In this document: positions 48,809 to 61,006 of the stretch, piece by piece
Layout: the number at the start of each line of letters is the position of its first letter
Numbering within the stretch: the first letter of the stretch is position 1
NCBI GenBank assembly: GCA_965113315.1
Contig: OZ220367.1
Length of the DNA stretch: 64,000 bases
Source: Podarcis vaucheri
Lineage: Eukaryota
Direction: 5' to 3' (one strand)
Notes under the pieces: model-generated
Databases searched by the model: none
The model's input: the letters and a program-made list of their open reading frames with translations, nothing else
Told to the model about the DNA's origin: nothing
Translations under genes and position numbers: made by a program

Positions 48809-51800
48809 TATATAAATGGTCCTAATCCTACTTACTAGGAAATAAGTTCCATTAAACTCACCAAGCATGTTTGGGAACAGGCTGCAAGTATGTTTAAGAT
48901 TACAGGCCTGATGCATATATCGGCCTTCGCAGTTGCTAATTCAGGATGAAGGGATTACGTAAAACTAATTGAGTGCATATGATCCTCATACTGTAGGGTG
49001 ATGAAGCAGGCTGCTGCTCACCTTATCTGTTTACGCTAGGAATAAACCCTTTGGTTGCTAAAACAAAAGGTTGCAACAGATAACTTTCCTTGTGTGGATT
49101 TAATACTCTTGCCAAATTTGGAATCCAGGTTTGGTTACCTGTGTCAGTGCATGAAAGCATTAAAAAGCAAAATGTAACAGAAATCCATTTTAAAAGCCTG
49201 AAATGGCCCATTCTTCTACCACCATGAAGCAATAAAAGAAAGCCAGGGTTCAAAATGTCTTTCACTGTTAGTGGAAGGCATCATCAGTTAATTCGAAATG
49301 TTATATCCAAGCTCATAGCATCTAAGTAATTTTTCAGTCGCAAAGCTGCCATTGCGTAGGAATGAAATCAGGGAGAAAAAAATGCCTCCTCAATTCATTA
49401 GGGGCTGTACAAGATGTGTCATCAAAAAGCAATGAGAAGAAGATGTGCCAGACTGCGGAAACAGGAGATAGATGATAATTTACTAGGTCAGAAATGTGCT
49501 ATGATGAACAATGGAGGCGGAGAATGAAACCTTGAAATATAAAAGAAGCCAAAGTGATCCAGTGAAAATAGCTTCCCTTTGAGTCCGAGAAACCTGAGTG
49601 CAAAGGCTTATTCAGTTACGAACTCATTGGGTGGCCTGCATTTATTTTTCAATCAAAAACATTTTTTTAAAAGGATTTCCATCCTGTTCCAAAGACCTTT
49701 CCTGTTGCTAAAGGACTTGTAATCCAGGTCAGATACTAATAGGAGAAGAAAGACTAAAAAAGTGGCAACAAAAAAATATGTGGCAGGCAGTTTCAATTAT
49801 TGTTTATTTATTCACTACATTTTAAAGCCACCTTTCCTTCAATGCACTCAGATCAGTTGGCAATACAAAAAGGATACCTTATAGTCTAATAGACATGATA
49901 CACAAATGGAAAGCAAGAGAAGAGAAAACAAGCAAATTCAGGTACCTAAAGAGCTATGGCAGGTATTGCCCTCTTCAGACGGGGTATGATTGATTCTGGG
50001 ACCAATTGATCTGTTATCTTTTATTAGATTTTTTAATATATCCTGTCCTATCTTGAAGGCCCAGAGCAGACTGTAGTGGTTATTTTAAAAAGTTAACAGA
50101 ACAGAAAATATACATAACAAACATAAATAGCTGTCTCCCCATGGCCTTTTGCAGTTAGCACCTCTCTTTCGGTTCCAGCTTGTCTCAGTTTCTAATCTGA
50201 AAAATGGGAATATTGGTGTTTTAGGGCCTTTCTGCACAACATGGTGAACAATAAATGCTCACTTGTTTCCCATTTGACATGCGCCATTCAAATAGCTCCC
50301 CTAGGGGATGAGTGGTTTGAAGTCTTGTAACCCTACATGCCTATAGTACTGCCATTTTTGGGATTAAAAATCATTTTGTTAGAGAGGAGTGTACTCCTCC
50401 AGTGTACTATTCATATGCAGGGAAAATAATTAAGGCTCACATCCTACACAGATTTACTTGAGAGTAAGCTTCACTGAACTCGTTCTCAGCAAGGCTGCAA
50501 GCCTAACCCCATGCACCTGGGAGTAAACTCCACTGAATTCAATGAGTAGACACAATTAGGCTTGTGCTATAAGCATGTATAGATTGTACTAGCCTTGTAG
50601 CTATTCACCTGTTTTAAAAAATGCAATTGGCTATCTGTCCTGCGTGAACCTTTAGCTTGATTTTGCTCTAATTCTTTGGAGGCTGTCCACTTCTTCCCTG
50701 TACAACTTTCACTGGGAAACACAGCTCTAGCCTGTCCCTTGTCAGGGGGAGAGTGACTTACATACACTGAGAAGGGATTGTGAAATCAATGTGACAGAAG
50801 AGGCCCCTAAACACAAGTAGCCTGACATGTTTGAAGTTAATTAAATACTTTTCATGTAACCAATCAATAATTGCCAAATGCTCATCAAATATGGCAATGA
50901 CTTTCTCATTCACTGGTCAAAAACCGAACAGAAACCGCGACCAGATTTAATCCTTATTGAGCTATTGGCTGGAATTGTGTTGTGCCTGAACATTTCCTCT
51001 ATAAAGTAGATAGGCTAGAAACTTATTTTTTTGTTTTTTAAATAAAAGCTGAAAATTCAAAGAAGGGGCATGGAACAAATATTCTAGAGAGGTTTGTCTG
51101 CCTCAGCCTCCCCTTGGCTACAGCACTGCATCTATTCAGATTGTATAAAATCTCTTAAATATAAGAGGGATATTATGATTTCATTGCTGTAAAGGACTTT
51201 GGGGCATATTCAGATATATGAGAGACATCTAATATAATACTTGTGCAGAAGAGAGATTTTTGACAGGTGCCCCTTGTTGAGCAGAGGTGAGAAAAACGGA
51301 GCCTGCTAAAATTCCCTCTGCTACACAAAAGTTAAATGTACAGGAATCCTGCCCTCACCACTGTATCTAGTATCACCCTACATGTGGCGGCTAGAATGCC
51401 CTTGTAGCATGCTGTCCATGTTTATATGGAAAGGACCTTACAGGTGACACTACTGTTGCAGGATGAACGGAGAAAAAAATTGTAAAGGTCTTCACTATGA
51501 TTAAAATTATAGGGCCACAGTTGTAATAGCGAAATTTGGCTGATTTGCATCCTGCCATAATAGCAAATTGGGGGGTGGGCAGTAAGTTCTACAGCTTATA
51601 AAAATGTTCAACAGACTGGTTTGAAACTTGGCGGTATAGGAGAGGTCCATTGGTTCAGGCTGAATTTGGGGCGATATTTACTGCCAGTTGGGCACTTGTA
51701 AAGTGGAATGGTTGTGGCCTTTTAACAGCTGTAATTTCCCAACATTCTGGAGCTTGTGTGAACATGGGAAGTCCTTAAGACAACATGTTAAGCTGAAAGG

Positions 51801-54149
51801 GGTTTCCTCTCCTTAATTAAATGTTTATTACACTTTAAATATGCAGTCATGGGTCCTGAAGCCACTGGGATTGTGGCACGGCTGCCCGTACGAGACATCT
51901 GAGGGGAATTTCTTCCTTTTGTGTACATTTTCCTGCATTGGCTTTAATAATCCAGGCAATAAGGCCCAAACCTGCAATGCCTTGATCTCCTCCTTGGAGT
52001 CTTGCTCTTTGCAACTTGACCTCCCATGGAGGAGATGGGGCGGTGGGTAAGGGGTTTTTAGAGGAACTTAGCAGGACCCTCTTTCACCCCCTCTCAGCTC
52101 ACTCATGCTATTTCAATTAAGCGCCACAGAATTTAATCTCCTGCTCTTAATAAAGTTTATTGTTGTCTTGCCAACTCGCCTCCGGACACCAAAATGCTAT
52201 TACTCTGAACGCAACGGGAAGGGCTATTTTACTGCTGCAAACTTTCTGACTGAAGAGTCAGGGAAGAGAAACTCCCATCCCACAGCAGGCTGCAAGCCAT
52301 TTGGATCCCGGGAAATTAACGGCAAGGAAATGTGCAGAAGGCTGCAGGAGTGAGCCAGAGGGCAGAAGGGTACTGCAAAGGCACACGCATCCCCGTGCCA
52401 TGATGCAAGTGCGCAGCCAGAGAAAGACACACACTCCAGAATGCATGCAAATGTTTCCTCCTGCCATCACATCATGTCCCAATACACAGCCATGGAAGCA
52501 AACTCGCTGCAAGGATATGTCATGAGAATGAGAAGATATTCAAGTGCAGCTCCCTCCACAGATGTCAATGCAAGGCTAGAGCCTGTTTTGAGGTTTGATA
52601 GCTAACATGCCCCACTCCATCAGTGCCTGTTCCTACCCTGCTGGAATAGATGCTTTCTGCAGGATTCTCCTTTCTTGTGGGGCAGGGCACACTATCTCCC
52701 TGCTCTGATTGGGATGAGCCATTAATCTCAATTCATTTGAGGAAATTCCCAACACTTCCTCAGAAGATGGAGGCAGGCAACTGCTTACTTCTTTGAGTGC
52801 TTCCACCCAGCAGCTTATTGTGGAAGCTTTCCATAGCGTCTGCACTACTTCATTCTCTTCAAAATGCCACCTCACATTTCCTTCCATTTTATCCAAATGT
52901 ATGTTGCCAGCGTTGTTTTGTAAAAAAACAAAACAAGCAACTTTATGGGGGGTGGTGTGGTGAAAAAGGCAAATCTAGAATAAATGAGGGGAGGGGGAAT
53001 ATGGGGTGGCATTTTGAAGATGACAGTGTCACCGGGATGCTGCACAAAATGCTTGTGTGTGAGCAGCACCAAGTACACAATGAACTGCTGCATAGAAGCA
53101 TCCTTGATCACTTTCACAACACCTCTCTGATAATAGTTACACAGGTTATATATAACGGATAGGTTATAGCTGTATTGTGGGCTAAAATTTACCATGCCCT
53201 CACAAATGCGAGAAAGCAAGGTGGGGGTAGTTATGCCTGTTTCGTCATAACAAAATCTGCTTCCTTTTTTGTTTGAGTGGAGCATTTCAAGTTCTATCTT
53301 TATATTTGGGGTGCAAGGGGAAAGTATATTTCTCTGGTCCTTCCCCTCTCTTACTGTTTATTCAGAAAAGAACATGGACCAGGGGAACATACTTTCCCCA
53401 ACATCCCAAATAGAAGCAGCAAATTGCTTGCTGCTTTTAAACTTCATTTGCTTCTTTCTGGATTTGCTGTTAAGTGTTACACACACACACACACACACAC
53501 ACACCAAGTATTTATTTATACTTTCTGGACACCACATGAGCTTTTGTGACATGTCTCAGTGATACTGAGACCCGCCACCAAGTCGCTAGACAACCCTATA
53601 CCTGGATGTCGGATAGGTGTTTTTGTTTGCTTGCTTGCATCATTCTCACAACAAAGAGGTTCTCTGAATCACTTGACAGAAATGCAAAGCACTGTTGCTG
53701 TTTTTCCAGGCCAACACAAACCTTCTAGACATTCTGAATTTTATTGCAGTGTCCAAATCCATCATTCATATGACCTGTTCTCTCTACCCTGTTACCAGCC
53801 ACCTTTCATTGATATGTTATTGGTAGCTATTTTATATCCCGTAATTGTAGTAAGATCATGTTCTTAAGTTGAACGTTGCCTTGCTAGACTTTAGAAGAAA
53901 GTGTGGTTTGTGAAAATAGCGAAACAAAATGAAACGAACAACGTTGACCTGGTCAGGAACTGTGGAGGATGGAGAAAGCGTCTGTCCATGCTGTTCATGG
54001 TTGTGTGAACTGCCTGCCCCCCAATCATATGTGCTAGCAAAGACACCCTTTTGCACATATCTGTGTGTGCACGGGCACCTTCCATTTGCCTGCCCATCCC
54101 CTGTGATGAACTCTCACATCCGCTTCCCCTCACCCCACCAGCCCCAAGT

Positions 54150-54660
54150 AGCATCTATAAAACCTGGCTTTTCCCTCCGCCCGCCTCCCCTCTGCAGGCC
54201 CCTGCTCAGCAAAGCAGGCCCCGCTTTCCTCAGCTCTCCTCTGCCTGACAGATGCCTCAGAGCCCGGGGCCGCAGTTAAGGTGACAAGATGCAGCCATTC
54301 TTTATGAACATTTCATTCCCGCTCGCTACACGACGTAAATTAGATTGGTGTGTTACATTCGGGCGAGAAGCAAGCGATGTCACCGCTGCGCCGGCCCATT
54401 GGATGGAGAGGCTAATCCTGCCGTGAATTTCATTACTGCTTTTATACCCTCGGAATTAGCCGGGCGGCGGTGAGCCTGATTGCCTTTCGCTGGGGGTTTG
54501 CTGGGGAGCTGAACGGATGCCACTTCCGACGGGGAGTGACCCTAGCTCCCCAGCCACGTGGATCCCGGGGCCTGGCCTCTCTTTTTGGCGGGGTGCGGTG
54601 GGGGTGGCAGGTTTTATATCCAACCTCCCCTCCCACCCACATCACCCGCTGCCCTGTAAT
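54150..54660. promoter_or_regulatory. Candidate enhancer / orphan CpG island upstream of BTRC
   Basis: CpG-rich, with no recognisable repeat. Motifs: TTTATGA, ACGTAAATTAG, two ATTGG boxes, GCTAATCC, and TATAAAA at 54156. Conservation is not verified. Confidence 0.5.
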
Positions 54661-56859
54661 GGAAGGGGGAATGGAGGCCCTCTGTGAGAAACGGCCGAGG
54701 CCTAGACAGCAGTAATTGCTCCCTGTGGGGTGCAATATGTCAGTGGCTCCTCTACCTTGCACACTTGCAGTCTTTAACTCTGAAAACACTTTCTCCGCTC
54801 CTTGATTGTTTCTCAATTACACCTTGGGCCCAGCATGGTAATTTGGCTCAAAATGCTCCGCTTGAGAGGGGGAAGTCTCGTCTCTTGAGACGCTGAGGTC
54901 TCCACATGGACTGCAGCTTCTGTCACACGGGTGGTGGACACCAAAAGATGGTTCAGCAGGGGAATAAAAATGAGTAAAGTAAGACTGTGTATGGTGAGGG
55001 CACTTACGGCCTTACTCCAGTAATTAGGAGGCTGTTGCCCCCCTCCTCCATTTCCTTCTTGACTCCTGGCTCCCTTTCTGACATTCTCCTCCTGCCTCAG
55101 CCCCTGCCTTCTATACTATTTCTTCAGCTGTGCCATTTTCCAGGCTCTCTTACCTTACATACGCAAGGAGGCTTTTTCTTGCAAGCAGGCTATTGCTCCA
55201 AAAAGCAAGCAAACAAACAAACAAAATGAAAACAGGAAAGGTTTCCAGCCACCAGAGTAGGAAAGTCTTGCTCATTCCTTCCTGAGCTAGCCAACAAAAC
55301 TAAATACCTGTCACCTCCAGAACAGGTTGGCTACTTCCCCTGTGAGACCTTCTGGATGTGGCTAGAAAACAATTTAGCTGCACTTCTCTCCCTGCCCCTC
55401 CTGCTTTCTATGTACATATGGATGATGGCACAGGCACAAAAGATTCCTGTATCGCAGGGGGTTGGACTAGATGACGCTTGTGGTCCCTGCCAACCCTACA
55501 AGTATATGATTCTGTGATTTGGTAAGTCACCATGACTTGCAACCTTACGGCAAGAATACCCATGGAGGGTGCAAAATTGTCACAACATTTTCAGGGCAGG
55601 GGGGAATACACAAGCAGAATGCACATTTCTTTGTCCTGTTCATAGATATTTCTTGCAAAAACCCTCATAGATCTTTTTCATTCTGACATACTGCTTTTCA
55701 AGTGCATTCCTCCACAGGTATTCTTCCATGGATGAAAAACAAACAAATATGGAACGGAGTCCCAGTTCAGGCACTTCTCGAAAGTAATGGCTGTCTAGCA
55801 GAACCCAGGGCTGCAGGTGACTGTAAAGTGTGGTCTCAAAGAAAACAATTTACCAGTCACAGCAGATAGACCACTAGGAATGAGCTCCCAGTGTAATGCT
55901 GTGCCAAGTACAGCTAATATGATGCATTATTAAAAGGAAATTATGTTCAGGGATGGAAAGTGCTTGCACTGAGGTGCAGAAACAAAGCTGAGAAGTTACT
56001 AGAATCATGTGCTCCATTTGCCTGCTCACATTTATGAAAAAGACTTCAAATAATGGGTGCGCAAAGAAAGAACTGTGAGAGTGATTCAAGGCTTCATAAA
56101 TAACATGCTGCAGCTAATGGCTTATGGCTGCTTGGCATGATATTGCAGCAGCATGGATGTTGCCCAGTAATGCTTCTGTGTGGGAAATGCTCTAGCTACT
56201 ATGACACATGTAAGGAACTCGCCACATGGGTCAGTGCTCTCAAGTGAAGGATCTTACCCACATCAGCAGTTCCTGTGAAAGTAGAGGGGTGCTGGCATGG
56301 AGACGGATTTTTTTCAAACAACAGTACTTAACCACAGTATGAGGTCTTTGCACATGTTATGAAAGCCATTGCCACGTGACGCGATGATGTTCGTTGATGG
56401 AAACTGTGACACTGTGATAATATAAGAAGTGTTCCTGAGGCGACAGTCTTTGCATAGTTATGCATAAAGAGAAGCCACTTTCAGTTCAGAACTCACACAT
56501 GCATAGGCAAGGTTGCAGTTTTAATGGGCAAAATCAGTTCAGTTTGTAAATGAGGGTAAAAGAAGAAATAGAAAAAGAGATGACATAATGGATGCTGGCC
56601 AAACTAATATGGAGGAATTAAGTTTCAACACCTGGACAAATTGCAGCTATAAAATACTTATTTATTTGATGAATTTTCATCCCATCCTTCAGGGCTTACT
56701 GCCCTTGCAAGGCAGTTTAGAATTTATTTTTATTTTTTTAAGAAAGCATCAAAACACAATACCATAAAACAACAATGCTACAAAATATCATTTCAGAATA
56801 AAAAAACCAGTGGTGGTTACAATTTCCCAGCACAGCAGTTAATCCCCACCGTGCAAACA

Positions 56860-57150
56860 CTTCAAATTAGTTGAAAGTGAGCTGGTCTAAAACCCAGCAA
56901 TGAAGACGTACATCCTTGAGGAGGAAGTTCCAAAGATGTGGGGCCATTACTGAAAAGGCTGTTCCTTGGTACCCACCACCAATGCTGATGTCAGAGTTTG
57001 GTCAGGCTTGTTCTGGTGTGGCTGGTCCTTCAGTTAACCTGGTCCCAAGTCATTCAGTGTTTGAAAGGTCAAGATCAGCACCTGAAAATAGTCCTTGAAA
57101 TGAATAGGCAGCCAGCCTAATTCTATATAAAGAGCTGGTGCTATATGAGA
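56860..57150 (-). mobile_element. Degenerate L2 3' fragment
   Basis: ORF 57034..57240(-) contains LGWLPIHFKDYFQVLILTFQTLNDLGPG, matching HWLPVRFRAQFKVLVLTFKALNGLGP. Confidence 0.7.
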
Positions 57151-58014
57151 TAAAGCATGCTTAACACTGAGGATCATAAATGCTGTGATGGAGTCACTTA
57201 GAGAGGTAATGTATATCACTGAAATAATGCTAGACAACATTCAAGTAAGAATGTTTTAGCCAAATAGGTGAGTAAAACCTTGAGAAGATTCCTCTCAGGT
57301 TGAATGATTGGGGTTTCTTTCACTCCTTAAATGAATGAATCTAGGCTTCTAGTTTAGCTCATGAAGTGCTAATTGGCATCCATGGCCTGAATGTGGGCCC
57401 CAAAGCAATTTTTCTGGCTCTTTGTGGCCCCCCGAAAAATATTTTCCAATTGTAAGAAATAAAGATTCCACATTTTTTTATTCTACACCAGTGTTGTGGA
57501 ATCTCCAGCCAGCTCACCTAATTAGGCCAGCAAGACCTCCCAATTTGGCCTACCAAGCCATGCCCACCTGCCAATCACTTAACATCATATATGACATCAG
57601 GTATGTCAGGTTAAAAGGTTAAAACTGGGTTGGGCTTTTGAAGCGCTGCTGATCAGCTGATCATTTGTGCTTCAGCAGCCCCACATGCAGTCCTTCTTAA
57701 GTCCCAATGATCAACTGATGAGTGACATTTCAGAAGCCCCAAATGCTTGCAAAGTGCCCTGCTTGCAGACAGCCCTGCATAGCACTTTGAAGTTCCAACA
57801 AACAGCTGATCCTCGGGACTTCAGAGTGCTGTGTCACCTGATATGATTGCGACATCGGTTTATTGTCAGGTGGGTAGGCTTGCCCAGCTGTCAAATTGGG
57901 GCCGTAAATGTGGCAGGGGAGATAAGAGATCTGGCCTTCTCGCTGGAGCCATATATATTAGTATGTTAATGCTGGGCCTGAGCACATGTTGAGCACCAGA
58001 ACAGCGAAGTTCTT

Positions 58015-58444
58015 TTTTTAAAAAAAGATATTTATTAGAGTTTTTTAAAATATAACAATGAAAAGAATAAAAAATAGAAAAAAACAAAATACAAAATACA
58101 ATATAAAAACAGTTAAAAACCAAATAAAATTCCATAACATATCTTTCTTACGCTTATTTCCCCAGACCTCCTCATACCTCCCTTCTTTATATTCCACTTC
58201 AATTTGTTAGTTCAGCAAATCCTAACCATTAAGCTTTTACCCATTTATAAACCTTCCCCCCCCCCCGTATCTCCTAAAGCATTACAGCTGGAAACCCCTT
58301 AGTTTCTATCCAACATCCTTCTAACATTCATTAATTTTACAATATTTCTGTAAATAATCTTTAAATTTCTTCCAGTCTTCTTTCACCAACTCTTCTCCCT
58401 GGTCTCGGATTCTGCCAGTCATTTCTGCCAATTCCATATAGTCG
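58015..58444 (-). mobile_element. 5'-truncated L1-clade LINE 3' end with 18-bp TSD
   Basis: The minus strand encodes DYMELAEMTGRIRDQGEELVKEDWKKFKDYLQKYCKINEC*, followed by an AT-rich UTR, AATAAA and an A-rich tail. TSD CAGAACAG(C/T)GAAGTTCTT at 57997-58014 and 58445-58462. Confidence 0.85.
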
Positions 58445-59528
58445 CAGAACAGTGAAGTTCTTACAGCTGCACGCTTACTTATGTAGCCAAACACTCACTC
58501 CTTGAGACTATGGCAGTTAATAATCTCTTCCCTAAAATACAGAACTATTCCCCCCCCCCTACACAGCTTTGTACTTCAATCTGGAAAGTTTGTTCTGAAT
58601 ACAGGGGCCTGCATTGAAACTGTGCAGAAAGCAGCTCCAAAACTGCAGGAACTCATCATATTACTTCAACAACAACAAATTCCAGAGCATAGATTGGTTT
58701 GGGTAACTCTGCCTGCACACTGCACACATCATCCTTAACATTCAATATTTGCTGCTTAATCTCCTCCACATCTGTACTGATGTTTAATGCCCTCTAAATG
58801 ACAGCTGTGTGCTGAAACACTGAGGGAATAGCCCCAAGAGCTTGGAAAAAACACATAATACCTACAGGCTGGGCCTAATGGAAGTTGGAATCCAACATTT
58901 AGATTCTTCTACTGACTTAGACTTCCAACGTGTGAATCAGAGATGGATTTGGAGCAGCGTGACCGGTTCCACCTCACTAGGCACTGAGCCTAGGGGATGC
59001 TGCAGTGTGTTACACTAATTCACACAATGATGCAGTGAATTGAGCAAAATGTAAGGCAAGAGGTGTGTGTGTGGGGGGGGGAGACGCAAAATTTGGGCCT
59101 TGCACGGAGCACCACTGAAATTTGAAAGACCAAAGTCTGCGTGCGAAGTAACAAGAAAGCATAGAGTGCTTCTAGACATGTGTTAAGGATTACCCTTTGG
59201 TGCTGCAGATTAATGGTGGAAGTTCTGGAAAGGTTTGTGGCCACTGACTTGGGTTACAGAATGTTCTGATGAATGTGCTCCTCAAACCCTCTGCTCGGTC
59301 TCCCACTATGTATGTGGAGATAAGGATGCATGAGGAATCAAATCAGCTGTATGTGCAAATGGGAATGGGAATTTGAATCTGGGGTCTAAAAGTGGATGTG
59401 GAATTTCTGCTTAGAAACGGAGGGTTGGCCCTGTCATTAGATAACAGGCAGTTGCTTCAGGGGGCAGGTGCAGTGGCCAGGGAAAGGCAGCAACTCCCTT
59501 GCCCATTTCTCCTGTGCTAAACCTCCAG

Positions 59529-59773
59529 AGCCAGTGTGGCGTAGTGATTAAGAACAGTGGACTTGTAATCTGGTGAACCGGGTTCGAGTTTCCACTCCTC
59601 CACATGCAGCTGCTGGGTGACCTTGGGCTAGTCACACTTCTCTGAAGTCTCTCAGTCTCACTCACCTCACAGAGTTGTGGGGGAGGAAGAGAAAGGAGAT
59701 TGTTAGCCGCTTTGAGACTCCTTCGGGTAGTGATAAAGCAGGATATCAAATCCGAACTCTTCTCTTCTTCTTC
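59529..59773 (+). mobile_element. tRNA-derived SINE with L2-like tail (Squam3/CORE-SINE-like)
   Basis: A box TGGCGTAGTG, B box GGTTCGAGT, GTGACCTTGGGC core, AGCCGCTTTGAG tail and (CTT)n end. Family name is tentative. Confidence 0.8.
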
Positions 59774-60025
59774 TGCATGGATAGGATCAGGCTGCACAAA
59801 TAATTTCCTATATAGGTAAATTCAGAAAAAAGTTGGGGGCAAAACATACATAAACCCATAAGCTGTACTGTACCTTATAGCAAATATTCATCTCTGTACC
59901 CACCTCGCTTCTTCAGGTTTGGTGGAATTCCATTTAGCCTGATGGGAAGAGGCACACAAAACAGTACTAGATACTGTTCTGAAATAATGCGTTCCTTTAG
60001 AGCCAATTCTATGCATGATCAAAGG

Positions 60026-60321
60026 CAGTGCTTTTTTTCTTAAAAAACATTTAGTGGTACTCTCATTTTGACTCAAGAAAATCACCGTTTTATTGTTCAA
60101 ATCGGGGAAAATAAATACGGTAAATGGACAAAAGTAGAAAGATTCACAAAATGTTTAGGGGTATGTGCACCCCTGCGCAGTGGCGGAGCTTCAAGCTCCA
60201 GCGGGCAGGGGGTGGAGAGCAGGCGGGGGCATGGCTGTCGCACGTCCCGGGAGTGTGGCGTGCTGCCTGCACCCCTGTTCCTCCGCCAGTGCCCATGTAT
60301 CCCCCCAGAAAAAAAGCACTG
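60026..60321. mobile_element. hAT-type MITE
   Basis: TIR CAGTGCTTTTTTT/AAAAAAAGCACTG with an 8-bp TSD ATCAAAGG (60018-60025, 60322-60329). Confidence 0.9.
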
Positions 60322-60966
60322 ATCAAAGGTATTATGTCCCTTGACTGTGGTGGGTAAGGTTCCATTTGCTGTTCCACCCTGGGCAGCAAAATGTCTTGAG
60401 CCAGATCTCAAGTAGGTTAAAAGCATCATGTGGCGCAGGATAGCATGACATGGCTTTGAGGGATGGTTGGCTGAAGAGTATATCTGCTTAGTGCCAGGAC
60501 CAGCGGAAAGAGAAAATGTATTTTGAACATTCTTTTCTCATTTCAAGTCACGGGGAGTAGTAGCCAAATGAGAACAGAACAAGTACAGCCAGCCCTTTCC
60601 CAGCTCCCATTATCCTTATTAAAGCCGTCCATTGTTAACATTGCTGTTAATTCAAACTTGGTTCAATAGAAATAGACTTTTGAGGATTATGGATCAAGAT
60701 TTCCAGACAGCAGCCATTCAGACTTACCCTATAGAGCAGTACATTCTTTGCATGCAGAAGGTCCTATGTGTAATTCCTGGAATCTGCTGCCAGTTAGAGT
60801 AGATAGTATTGAACCAAATTGACACATAGCCTGAGCTGGTGTAAGGCAGCTTCCTTAAAAAACAAAAAGACATTAACATGGGGGGCGGCAATAATATGTG
60901 CATGATCACGATATGTGAATGCAGGGCTAACACAAGCATTTGCTGCCCAAGGAGGAGGACTAGATG

Positions 60967-61006
<40 letters not shown>

